Shown here in pieces: positions 37,983-46,571 of a DNA stretch of 64,000 nt; the stretch's first letter is position 1, and every line of letters begins with the position of its first letter. The DNA lies in IMG/VR virus record IMGVR_UViG_3300022752_000032, positions 39,450-103,449 of that record; one strand, written 5' to 3'. A program made the translations under genes and the position numbers. This DNA is from a virus. Its lineage: Duplodnaviria > Caudoviricetes. A model generated the notes under the pieces. The model was not told the DNA's origin. It saw nothing but the letters and a program-made list of their open reading frames with translations, and ran no database searches.

Positions 37983-39142
37983 GATTGATCCTCCTCTTCT
38001 AGTACTGGAAGCAAATCTGCATCTAAACTACCTTTTCCTAGTGAAGCAAGAAGTGATGCTCTTAAGAATGGATCTTCTCCATTTTTAACTGCTCTTAACC
38101 AACTTGCTCTAATTGCAGGCTCTGCTTCATATCCATAACCTAGATACTCAGTCATAGCAAAAATTGCATCTTCTACAGTTTCATAATCTTCTTTGTTCTT
38201 TAGTAGAACATTTAACTCTTGATCTATTACGTACTCATCTAATTCATCTTTTACTTCAGTTAGATTTTTACTGCCTTCTACATTAACAACTCCGTCAGGT
38301 ATTACGGCAAATCTACATTTTCCTGTTGGCTCAACTGGGAGAGCAATGATTTTACAATTCGAACCCCCAGCATATAGAACGCAATTGGCGCAAGTAACAC
38401 CAATAGAAGCAACTTCATTTTCCGCTGGCGGCGTGTAGCCTGCCCAAATACCTTCTTCGTCTTCATTAAATTTTCCATACTTCTGCGAGATCTCAATCAA
38501 TGCATTTGCTAAATCTTGTTCTTCAGGAACTAAACCTGCTGCAGTAATAGAGTTTGATTTTTTAGTGCTACGAGGATGAGAAGATGGTAGCAAATCATTG
38601 TCTGACTTATAAGCAGCATTTGTTGGTCTGCCAGACTTAAGTAGTTTTAGAAAAGCATTTACTCTTCCCATTGCCCACTGATTACGGTTCATACCAGGAC
38701 GATGAGAAACAGAAAATGCTCCAGCGCCACGACGATAAACTGCTTTTAACATACCTAAAGTTGCTCTTCTTCCTTTAGGACTTTTCTCGTTATGATTAGA
38801 GACTTTCTCTTTAAGAGAGTTCTCTACTGCTTTAGAAAAAACAACTTTACGAGAACCTGATGCAGATCCTTTTTTATTTTTACTAGAACCCTTAACTTGA
38901 TCTTTCTTAGGAGCAGGAGTCTGAGAAATTGTTCTTTTATTTTTTGCTGCAAACTCTGAATCATCTGAAGCATCGATAGGAACGCAGTTGGGTACCATAT
39001 TTCCATTCTTACCTTTTTTCATTCCAACCTGCTTATAACCATCCCAACATGGACCTTTACCAGCAGCAGAAATACCTGAAAAAGGGATGTAGTCCCTATT
39101 TTCATCTTTTACCCAATCTAATGGATTAATCTGCTTTGACAT
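37979..39142 (-). CDS. Multidomain head-module protein
   Basis: PCWDGYKQVGMK...VPNCVP motif, LKAVYRRGAGA...QWAMGRVNAF domain, CANC...C...CRF cluster. Confidence 0.75.
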   Translation of the reverse strand: MSKQINPLDWVKDENRDYIPFSGISAAGKGPCWDGYKQVGMKKGKNGNMVPNCVPIDASDDSEFAAKNKRTISQTPAPKKDQVKGSSKNKKGSASGSRKVVFSKAVENSLKEKVSNHNEKSPKGRRATLGMLKAVYRRGAGAFSVSHRPGMNRNQWAMGRVNAFLKLLKSGRPTNAAYKSDNDLLPSSHPRSTKKSNSITAAGLVPEEQDLANALIEISQKYGKFNEDEEGIWAGYTPPAENEVASIGVTCANCVLYAGGSNCKIIALPVEPTGKCRFAVIPDGVVNVEGSKNLTEVKDELDEYVIDQELNVLLKNKEDYETVEDAIFAMTEYLGYGYEAEPAIRASWLRAVKNGEDPFLRASLLASLGKGSLDADLLPVLEEEDQS

Positions 39143-39145
39143 TTA

Positions 39146-39601
39146 TTACATTCCTTGATTAGTGGTTGCTTTTAATTGCCAATCCCATTTGGCATGCATA
39201 TCAATACGCTCTGCAATAAAGTTTGCAATACCTTGCTCATTTGCTTGGTTTGCTATATCAAATGCTTTTCTTAAATCGTTAAGCATTACAGCATTATAGA
39301 TAAGAATGTCTCTAGCAAGATCTAAACACATATAACCTACATCTGTGTCTTCAATGTTTGACATACGAGCAAACTCAACTAATCGATATGGAGATATGGC
39401 TCCAAGTTTTCTTATGTTTTCAGCAAAAGGATCTATAGATCCATCAATGTCTTCATATATTTCACCAAAGAACTCATGAAACTCTGGGAAGTCAGATCCC
39501 ATAACATTCCAGTGCGCTCCTTGCACTTTATGAGAAAGTACTACAGCATCACTAAGACCAACTGCTAGAGCATTAACTAGTTCTGGTTTTTCTACGTTCA
39601 T
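39146..39601 (-). CDS. dps: Dps family ferritin-like protein
   Basis: HWNVMGSDFPEFHEFF...IDPFAENIRKLG...HAKWDWQL Dps signature. Confidence 0.92.
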   Translation of the reverse strand: MNVEKPELVNALAVGLSDAVVLSHKVQGAHWNVMGSDFPEFHEFFGEIYEDIDGSIDPFAENIRKLGAISPYRLVEFARMSNIEDTDVGYMCLDLARDILIYNAVMLNDLRKAFDIANQANEQGIANFIAERIDMHAKWDWQLKATTNQGM

Positions 39602-41325
39602 TGTGTAACTCCTTGTTGCTCAGTGGGGGGTTGTGTTGCTTGTTGTAAAACTTGTTCTACCTCTGGTGGCAGAGGAGCAACAGAATTTTCTTGCTGTGTA
39701 TCTCTAACTGCATTCATCATTTCTGGAGCAACAGTGTTCAACATTGCTTCTGTTAACTCTGGACCAATTGAGCCCTTCTCGGAAAGCATACGGATAGCAA
39801 GTTCATTCGGTGTTGGCGCATCCATAGATGAGAATCCATGAGCACGTCTCCATGAGTCGTAAGAAATAGCACCACGATCAAATCCTGAGTCAGCATCGGC
39901 TGCTTTATCATTTCTAGTAGCAACTGCTGAAGGGTCATACCAAACAACAATTCGATCTACCTCTGATTCAGTAAATCCTTGTGCCTTAAGGTATGGACGT
40001 AAGTAAACAACTGTTAAAGCATCAGCAATTAATAGCATTAATGGTTCGATATGTGCCTTATATAGTGACTCATCGATTTGAAGTGCATTTGAATACTTAA
40101 CGTTTGCTAGACCAGTAACAACATCCTTAGGAACATCTAGTCCTTGAAGGATTCGCTCTAACACTCTGTCGGCGCGAGAAGCAAGTGCTGGATCAAATGA
40201 ACGCTCAAACTTAAATTGTTTAATCTTGTCGCCAAGTTCGGCAGGACCGCGAATAATAAGTGGAACTACTGCGCTAGCAGACTCCTCATCACGAATAGGA
40301 GTTGTCATAGCGTCAATTAATTGTTCTTCAAACTCATCCTCTGCTTCTTCTGCAGTAAATCCTGGGTTTGCTTCGCTATCTGTGTCATATGGATAATCTG
40401 GGTCGCCACCTGCTGCAACTGACAAGCCGTCTGGTAAATAAAGTGCACCAGCGTTTAGACGTGAACGTGCTGTAGCACGGAATGTTCTATTAAGAAGTAA
40501 AAGTTCTGCGCAAAGATCTAGTAAGCCACGAAGAGATGAATCTGCTTCATCTGAGTAACGAGGATGTGAACGCCAAATGCGTCCTACAAATGCACTCTTA
40601 GAAAGTTTATTATTGGCTGTCATATTTCCACCAATACTTTGTTCTCTACGACCAACAACATTAAATCCACCACGAGTGTCAGTCATAATCTCATCTACGG
40701 ATTTAATATCCCAAGACTCTGGAATTCCTGAACCAGCACGTTCTGGCATTTGAACTAAGTAACATTCACCAGCAACTGAAATGTTTAATGCAGCATCGCG
40801 AAGAAGTCCTGCTTGTCCACCGTACGCGGAATCTAAACGAGCAAGTGCTCGCTCGGCTGCCGCTGCTAAACGTGGATCAATAACACTAGATAGCGCAACT
40901 GGTGCTGGTGCTTCTGCAGCGTTGTCAACAGCAGCAGCGTAAATACGAATACGAGAAACAACGGAGGCAACTAAGTTAAATGCGTATTTGATTTCTCCGA
41001 TGGCATCATAATATTCCCACGCTTCGGATTGCCATGCGCTAGATCCAGCAGAGCGACGTTGTTTGAATTGTTCAAACTCGCCTTTATCATTAATTTTAAT
41101 TTGTACTGCAGCAGCAGTTAAAGTTCTAGGTGTTGAGTAGGAAACTGATTGAGCATTAGAGGAAATAAATATTCCAGCAGCGCCTGTAAGTTTTGGTTTA
41201 ATGTTTCTAACTATCTGAGTTGAACGAGTAGTAGACTTTTTTCTTTTTCTAATTTTCTTTGGAGCAATTTCAGACGCAACAATAGGGGTAGGCTCTATCG
41301 GCTCTTGGTGTTTAAAAACACTCAC
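39598..41325 (-). CDS. Portal protein
   Basis: Start reassigned to GTG 41325 behind GAGGAG; WQSEAWEYYDAIGE, VAGECYL, RIWRSHPR, SRLNAGAL, VVPLII motifs. Confidence 0.85.
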   Translation of the reverse strand: MSVFKHQEPIEPTPIVASEIAPKKIRKRKKSTTRSTQIVRNIKPKLTGAAGIFISSNAQSVSYSTPRTLTAAAVQIKINDKGEFEQFKQRRSAGSSAWQSEAWEYYDAIGEIKYAFNLVASVVSRIRIYAAAVDNAAEAPAPVALSSVIDPRLAAAAERALARLDSAYGGQAGLLRDAALNISVAGECYLVQMPERAGSGIPESWDIKSVDEIMTDTRGGFNVVGRREQSIGGNMTANNKLSKSAFVGRIWRSHPRYSDEADSSLRGLLDLCAELLLLNRTFRATARSRLNAGALYLPDGLSVAAGGDPDYPYDTDSEANPGFTAEEAEDEFEEQLIDAMTTPIRDEESASAVVPLIIRGPAELGDKIKQFKFERSFDPALASRADRVLERILQGLDVPKDVVTGLANVKYSNALQIDESLYKAHIEPLMLLIADALTVVYLRPYLKAQGFTESEVDRIVVWYDPSAVATRNDKAADADSGFDRGAISYDSWRRAHGFSSMDAPTPNELAIRMLSEKGSIGPELTEAMLNTVAPEMMNAVRDTQQENSVAPLPPEVEQVLQQATQPPTEQQGVTQ

Positions 41326-41365
41326 CCTTGAAACTCCTCGTCTCTGTGGCGGAGTAGAAGAACTA

Positions 41366-41656
41366 TCACTTTTCTTCATACGCAGCCAACAAACCAGCAA
41401 TAGCAGAGATTGCTAGAACAACCTCTACTGGATGTACTACATTAGGGATAATGATACGTGATATTTCAAGTAGTGATGCGACCCAAATTGCAGTACACCA
41501 CATACAGGTAAATAGATAACCAAACTTAGATCTCTCTGGAGGAAACTTTTTCCAAATTGCATTTCTTAATTTAGAGAATATCTCGTCTTTAACAATAAGC
41601 CTTGCTATTCTATAGGTCGCAAGACCAGCCACTGATAACTCAAATAAGTTATCCAT
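41366..41656 (-). CDS. DUF1360-like membrane protein
   Basis: LATYRIARLIVKDEIF...LFTCMWCTAIW, hydrophobic; usual position before portal. Confidence 0.75.
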   Translation of the reverse strand: MDNLFELSVAGLATYRIARLIVKDEIFSKLRNAIWKKFPPERSKFGYLFTCMWCTAIWVASLLEISRIIIPNVVHPVEVVLAISAIAGLLAAYEEK

Positions 41657-42016
41657 TTACTCTTCCCCTCCAACAGTAATTATTGACCCGTATGGGTTCC
41701 AAGACCTAAGCCTAGAGCCACATCCGCAGTTATCGTCTTTAGTAAATGCAATAAGTTTTCCAGACTCGGTGGTAACCCTATGGACTCTATCTATTTTGCT
41801 ATGAGAAACATAAGTTTCATTGAAGACTACATTGGCTCCTGTAGGGGTATCTACAGCAATTAAGAGTTTATTATTCAGCAAGATTGCTCTACATCTATCT
41901 ACATGCCTAGTGCCTGCAGGAGATGCGCCCTTAGGTAGAAGTTCATTTATATCCTCTAAAGATCCTGGTAAGGCTAAGGCGACCATCGCTGGAAATACAT
42001 CAGCTACCACGTTCAC
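41657..42016 (-). CDS. Hypothetical protein
   Basis: DVFPA...CGCGSRL motifs; coupled ORF. Confidence 0.7.
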   Translation of the reverse strand: MNVVADVFPAMVALALPGSLEDINELLPKGASPAGTRHVDRCRAILLNNKLLIAVDTPTGANVVFNETYVSHSKIDRVHRVTTESGKLIAFTKDDNCGCGSRLRSWNPYGSIITVGGEE

Positions 42017-42360
42017 ACAACCTCCTTATACTCGGAAGGTATGTGAAAATCTTCCCAGCCGAAATATGATTTAGCGATTGTTAGAGGTACTAGAAGAGGT
42101 TTTTCTCTGGAAGCACCTTTAGGAGTTAACCATACATCTATGTCCTCTACTTTAACTACAACGGGGCATAGAGCCCAGACTTTATTTTTCTTAAGAAGAT
42201 TTAATGGAAAAGCAATTGGATTAGGAGATTCCTTGGAAGTAATTGTTTCTAGACGTCTAGCGTTTGGTCTAGCACCTTGCTTCTCTGGGTTTAGCCATAT
42301 GGCAACAACTAGGTCTTTATCTAAGTATGTTCCAGAAGAGTTCTTATATGTTTTAGCCAT
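42013..42360 (-). CDS. Hypothetical protein
   Basis: 115-aa ORF overlapping both neighbours by a few bases. Confidence 0.65.
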   Translation of the reverse strand: MAKTYKNSSGTYLDKDLVVAIWLNPEKQGARPNARRLETITSKESPNPIAFPLNLLKKNKVWALCPVVVKVEDIDVWLTPKGASREKPLLVPLTIAKSYFGWEDFHIPSEYKEVV

Positions 42361-42853
42361 TGCTTATTCTTCTAGCCATGGCTCGATATGTAACGCCAGC
42401 GGATTCAGCGATAGCGGCGGTTGAAACTCCTTGATTATGCAGACTCCTTGCAAGTTCAGTTAAAGCAACATTTGCTAAGGCTGGTTCACTATTTGCTGCG
42501 CTCTTTGATCTATAGCGTCTAGAAAGGCTAGAAAGGTGTTTTAAACGTGCTCTAATCTCAGGAGGTACACCAAGAGATATAGAACGAAGTCTAGGCGTAT
42601 CAGCAATAGGGGAAAGAACCGTTAAAGACTTGGATGGAGTTTCTGGGATAGGTTTTATTTGTTCCTGCTGAGTAGCATTTTTAACCCAGAAATGAACAGT
42701 TGATTTTGGTCTAGGCGGAGTAAAAGACTCAGCGATAATCCCAAGTGACCAGCCTGCTTCCCAGAGGGAGCGAAGGCGAGCAGTAAAGGCATCTTGGGAA
42801 AGAGAGAGTAAAAACTTAATCTCTTCTTTAGGTAGTTTTGGTTTGTTTTTCAC
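42353..42853 (-). CDS. Double helix-turn-helix DNA-binding protein
   Basis: GWSLGIIAES...KSTVHFWV and GVSTAAIAESAGVTYRAMARRI. Confidence 0.75.
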   Translation of the reverse strand: MKNKPKLPKEEIKFLLSLSQDAFTARLRSLWEAGWSLGIIAESFTPPRPKSTVHFWVKNATQQEQIKPIPETPSKSLTVLSPIADTPRLRSISLGVPPEIRARLKHLSSLSRRYRSKSAANSEPALANVALTELARSLHNQGVSTAAIAESAGVTYRAMARRISNG

Positions 42854-43320
42854 TCCTTTATTTTACATTGTTTTTAAATGTCGTACAGGAAGAGGGCATT
42901 GCTTATTGGACGAAAAGACAAAAATATGAAGGTTTCCATTATTTGCTTTTGGCCTGTGAGAAGGCTCTGCATGCATTTCGACATTTTCTAAATCGTTTCC
43001 GGAAAGTTTTTTAATGACACTAGGCTTTTTTACTTTTTTAGGTTTTAAGGCAAGAAATACTTTTATTTTTTATATCTATGTTTAGTATTGTTCTATAGGT
43101 ATAGGCTTGTAGTCAAGGTTGAGTCAAGGTGGATCAAGTTTGGTTAGCCTAGATATATCAGGGCTTAGATGTTTCACAACTAAAAAAATTGTTCTAATGT
43201 TGAATGCACCAAAGCCAATGTTTATGGTTTGACTGCTCTTGCCTTTAAGTCTAACTATCAACCTTTACTCTAGATATTCTTAGAATATTTGCCTGATTAA
43301 GACACGCCTATATTAGATAC

Positions 43321-43349
43321 TTGACAACTAAAAATATGTGTAATATCTT
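43321..43349 (+). promoter_or_regulatory. Sigma-A-like promoter
   Basis: TTGACA-17-TATCTT upstream of the only plus-strand gene; GACACGCC at 43301. Confidence 0.65.
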
Positions 43350-43396
43350 TATGCTTATAAGCACAAGGGGTGCTTAGGAATACGAAAGGGAAACAA

Positions 43397-43618
43397 ATGA
43401 CACAACATGGAGTGAGTATCACAACAGAAGGACACCACTACAACTTTGTAGTAGATACCACCGCACAGGTTAGAGAATTACTACTTGACACCACCGCACC
43501 CATCTCTGAGGTTATTGTTATGGAGGAAGGCTACGGCAAGGAAGCCCGTATGCTAAACGCTGAGGAAATCTTGGCTATTGTTCTCAATCACCCAAAAACA
43601 GCCTTATCTCTAGCCTAA
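43397..43618 (+). CDS. Hypothetical protein (only clear plus-strand gene)
   Basis: GAAAGGG RBS, own promoter and terminator. Confidence 0.7.
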   Translation: MTQHGVSITTEGHHYNFVVDTTAQVRELLLDTTAPISEVIVMEEGYGKEARMLNAEEILAIVLNHPKTALSLA

Positions 43619-43630
43619 AAAGGCTTGATA

Positions 43631-43658
43631 AAAGCCCCCCGCATAGGGGGGCTTTTTT
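43631..43658. terminator. Bidirectional intrinsic terminator
   Basis: AAAGCCCCCC-GCATA-GGGGGGCTTTTTT between convergent genes. Confidence 0.85.
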
Positions 43659-43662
43659 AATT

Positions 43663-44151
43663 CTAGTAGGCTATTGCTACCTTTGTATTAGCAAACAACT
43701 TCTTTAATGTGGCTTGGTTAATACCTTCACTACCGCAGAACTCTAATAATGCCTTATGGGTATTTTCCTTATACCAACCTCGTTTATCTATATCGGCATC
43801 GGCATATCCTTTTGATATCAATTGCTCTTGAACTAAAGCAACTGACCTAGAGTTTCTTTCTTTGTTGCTAAGAATTAACTTAGACAAGACAACAACTTCT
43901 CCATCTTGATAACTGGCTGCTGTTGTAAATTTTTTACTTTTTGCTTCTTCAGCCGCAGGTGTTTCAACTTCAGCCGCAGGCTCTGGAGTAGCAACAACTT
44001 CAACAACTGGCTCTGGCTCTGGAACTACAACTGGCTCTGGCTCTGGCTCTGGCTCTGGTGGAGTATAAACAACTTCAACAACCGCAGGGGCTTCAGCCTC
44101 GGCAGGTGCTTCCCAACTGAGTGGGGCTTCTTGATTTAATTCATCGCTCAC
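43663..44151 (-). CDS. Pro/Glu-rich protein with C-terminal peptidoglycan-binding-like domain
   Basis: PEPEPE repeats; SVALVQEQLISKGY...GWYKENTHKAL resembles PG_binding_1; GTG 44151 overlaps upstream TAG. Confidence 0.6.
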   Translation of the reverse strand: MSDELNQEAPLSWEAPAEAEAPAVVEVVYTPPEPEPEPEPVVVPEPEPVVEVVATPEPAAEVETPAAEEAKSKKFTTAASYQDGEVVVLSKLILSNKERNSRSVALVQEQLISKGYADADIDKRGWYKENTHKALLEFCGSEGINQATLKKLFANTKVAIAY

Positions 44152-44753
44152 TAGATTGCTCCTTCTGGGAACTTGGTAATCCATAAGTTATACATGGCTT
44201 GGTCGGTATCACCATTATAAGGGAACTTACCTACCCCCCATGATGACCAATCGCTTCCTTCGTTGCTCATGTAGTAAGCAATCTGGGCATTAACAACTGG
44301 GTCGAATAAGTCTTTATTAGAGTCAAGACCAAACTTATCACGCCGTGCTACGCCTAATCCACCAATCATGTTGATTTGGAATATGCCGTATGAGTTATCT
44401 CCTGTTTTAACATTGCCATTAAAGGCTAGGGGGCGTCCATTTGATTCTTTCTTCACAACTGCCCACGCTACTTTGAGTGCCTTACCTTCGAACCCAACTG
44501 CGCTTAACATCTTGACTAACTCTTCGTCAGAGAAAGAACCCTTCTGTTGAGAGAACTTCTTTAACTCTAGAGTCTTAATTTTTACTTTATGCTCTTCTAT
44601 TTCTTTGTCAATCTGGATTTTTACTGCATCTTTTGTTTGTATTGCTTGCTGTGCAACAGATGACTGAATATAAGTAGAGAAGATCGAAACAAACATCACC
44701 GCAATTAGTATGCTTGCTATTTGTTCGACAACTCTATTACTGGGTTTGTGCAT
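44151..44753 (-). CDS. Membrane-anchored lysozyme-like transglycosylase
   Basis: N-terminal TM; AWAVVKKESNG (catalytic E), SYGIFQIN, DPVVNA, WSSW. Confidence 0.85.
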   Translation of the reverse strand: MHKPSNRVVEQIASILIAVMFVSIFSTYIQSSVAQQAIQTKDAVKIQIDKEIEEHKVKIKTLELKKFSQQKGSFSDEELVKMLSAVGFEGKALKVAWAVVKKESNGRPLAFNGNVKTGDNSYGIFQINMIGGLGVARRDKFGLDSNKDLFDPVVNAQIAYYMSNEGSDWSSWGVGKFPYNGDTDQAMYNLWITKFPEGAI

Positions 44754-44921
44754 TGATTTTCCTTTGTTAGGGGACAGAGACAAGGTTGCTTAACTAGCCA
44801 ACCCGTGCCACCCGCTTTGGGGAGACAGGTATTACAACTACCTTTCTAATGCGTCCGTAAGTCGTTCGGTCTTTATAGGTATTAGATTACCATAAATAGT
44901 GCAGGAAAGTCAGGTTTTGGG

Positions 44922-45032
44922 TCAGCAACTCTCGCAAATGAGCCCATTTCGGTAGTCAATCTCCGCTACAGCCATAGATTTGCCACATTTCCAGCAAGAA
45001 ATGTAAATGATTTGCTTTTTGATCGTTTTCAT
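44922..45032 (-). CDS. 36-aa zinc-ribbon microprotein
   Basis: Manual ORF MKTIKKQIIYISCWKCG...ICESC with AAAGGGGG RBS and own promoter. Confidence 0.65.
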   Translation of the reverse strand: MKTIKKQIIYISCWKCGKSMAVAEIDYRNGLICESC

Positions 45033-45054
45033 CTAAATATCCCCCTTTAGGTCA

Positions 45055-45095
45055 AATAGTATCACCTTCCTGACAAATAGTCAAAGACACGCCGA
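45055..45095 (-). promoter_or_regulatory. Promoter with GTCAGGAAGG operator-like spacer
   Basis: TTGACT-17-TACTAT; spacer ATTTGTCAGGAAGGTGA. Confidence 0.65.
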
Positions 45096-45160
45096 TACAG
45101 CAAAAAACCCCCTAGTAGCAACCATTTCTAGGGGGCTCTTGTTAAACCTATCTTTTTGGC

Positions 45161-45313
45161 TTACTTCTCTCGACTAGCCAAAGTAGCAGAAGCAATTGAT
45201 AAAAGACCAAATGCCACTACATAAGTCATATCACCCTGCCATGCTGACAGTAGGGTCGCAAGTCCTAAGACTATTGTTCCTACGGCAGTCCATACTATGT
45301 TTAAGTTATTCAT
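45161..45313 (-). CDS. 50-aa two-TM membrane protein
   Basis: Manual ORF MNNLNIVWTAVGTIVLGL...; ATGA coupling. Confidence 0.65.
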   Translation of the reverse strand: MNNLNIVWTAVGTIVLGLATLLSAWQGDMTYVVAFGLLSIASATLASREK

Positions 45314-45510
45314 TTCTTGCCCTTCGTTTTGTTAGGTTTAGTCCGACCTCTCAAACGAGAAGAAGGATCTCTTAATTGCACTCCACCATTACGGATAGCC
45401 TTCCTAGCAGTTCTATAACAAACTCCTAGTTCAGCCGCAACACTATCGATAGCCAGACCAGATGTATACAGTTCTGCAGCCTGACTTTCTAGTTTTTTAC
45501 TTTTTGCCAT
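45310..45510 (-). CDS. Small HTH DNA-binding protein
   Basis: LYTSGLAIDSVAAELGVCYRTARKAI...GVQLR. Confidence 0.8.
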   Translation of the reverse strand: MAKSKKLESQAAELYTSGLAIDSVAAELGVCYRTARKAIRNGGVQLRDPSSRLRGRTKPNKTKGKK

Positions 45511-45673
45511 TAAAACCAGATCCCTGTTTTCTCTTAACTGCTCTGTAAATCAGGACTCCAAACAACACTACAAGTGCCGCGGGAGTATAAACAGAGATAT
45601 CAAAGAAGTTGCTAGATAAATCAATCCACTCGAACTGACATCTGAAGGTGTTGCACTCTGGAAATTGTTCCAT
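45497..45673 (-). CDS. 58-aa membrane protein
   Basis: Manual ORF MEQFPECNTFRC...ALVVLFGVLIY...GKK*; stop lies in the repeat core. Confidence 0.6.
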   Translation of the reverse strand: MEQFPECNTFRCQFEWIDLSSNFFDISVYTPAALVVLFGVLIYRAVKRKQGSGFNGKK

Positions 45674-45675
45674 TT

Positions 45676-45822
45676 TTACTTTTTACCCTTCTGTAGTTTC
45701 TCGGTTAGTTCTTGGTTCTCTCTAAATAAAGCACCATACTTTACGATAGAGAGCACCATTACAAAGCATGAACAAGCAAGCGCAATAATAATAGCGACCA
45801 TTGTTCCCGTGTCAAGTATCAT
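45676..45822 (-). CDS. 48-aa membrane protein
   Basis: Manual ORF MILDTGTMVAIIIAL...KGKK*; stop lies in a repeat variant. Confidence 0.6.
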   Translation of the reverse strand: MILDTGTMVAIIIALACSCFVMVLSIVKYGALFRENQELTEKLQKGKK

Positions 45823-45823
45823 A

Positions 45824-46111
45824 TTATTTCTCACTTCCTACTAGTTGTGGGGCTATATCTATTTCCTCTAGGTGAAAGATATACCCTTCTCTGTCTTTTT
45901 TCCTCGTGGCGCAGTAGATAAAAGTCCTACTTTCTTTGTTTTCCTCTAAGCAATAGAACGGTGCATGCTCTCCTGTTCTATCTTCATAAATCTTAAAATA
46001 GAACTTATTACTTTCTTTCCCTTTCCCTTTCCAAGACTCAAGAACTGTCCAGTTAGGAACTTCGTTCCATTTCTCAGTTAGTTTTTCAAGGTGATTATGC
46101 GTATCAGACAT
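45824..46111 (-). CDS. Hypothetical protein
   Basis: 95-aa coupled ORF. Confidence 0.65.
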   Translation of the reverse strand: MSDTHNHLEKLTEKWNEVPNWTVLESWKGKGKESNKFYFKIYEDRTGEHAPFYCLEENKESRTFIYCATRKKDREGYIFHLEEIDIAPQLVGSEK

Positions 46112-46323
46112 TAGTTTGCCTTCATTTCTGACTGCAATTTTTCTATTTCTTGTTTTAACAGTTCTATCTTTTCTTGAGTAGTCGGCTTTGGAGTGCCACC
46201 TAACTCAATCATTTTTGCTCGGTATATTTCATCATATTCAGCACGGTGGCGCTTGATTAGTTCTACCCTTGCAAAACTTTGTGCCGCTACACCCGGTTGA
46301 AATTTCTTTGGCTCTATATTCAC
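46111..46323 (-). CDS. Hypothetical helical protein
   Basis: 70-aa coupled ORF. Confidence 0.65.
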   Translation of the reverse strand: MNIEPKKFQPGVAAQSFARVELIKRHRAEYDEIYRAKMIELGGTPKPTTQEKIELLKQEIEKLQSEMKAN

Positions 46324-46475
46324 GGATAGAGCAAATCTAGGCAGAATTGGTTCATCTGCTCTGTCGGCACTTTACACATATCAGGTGTAGTTGCGTTGTT
46401 AGCCCAAACAATAAGACCAACTACCACAAGTGCTACTACCACTCTGCGTCTAATATACTTTGCCTTCGTTTTCAT
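46320..46475 (-). CDS. 51-aa membrane protein
   Basis: Manual ORF MKTKAKYIRRRVVVALVVVGLIVW...C...C; AAGGGG RBS. Confidence 0.65.
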   Translation of the reverse strand: MKTKAKYIRRRVVVALVVVGLIVWANNATTPDMCKVPTEQMNQFCLDLLYP

Positions 46476-46516
46476 TTAGGTCCCCTTAGTCCTATTGACA
46501 ATTTGCCAATAAGATA

Positions 46517-46567
46517 ATTATACAGACTTTCCTGACAAAATCAACCTTCCTGACTTTCGGCGTGTCG
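46517..46567 (-). promoter_or_regulatory. Promoter with two GTCAGGAA(A/G)G boxes and GACACGCC
   Basis: GACACGCCGAAAGTCAGGAAGG-TTGATT-TTGTCAGGAAAGTCTG-TATAAT. Confidence 0.65.
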
Positions 46568-46571
46568 CCTA

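Noticed and set aside
44010-44060. CTCTGG hexamer tandem repeat
   Set aside because: Simply encodes the Pro-Glu linker of 43663..44151.
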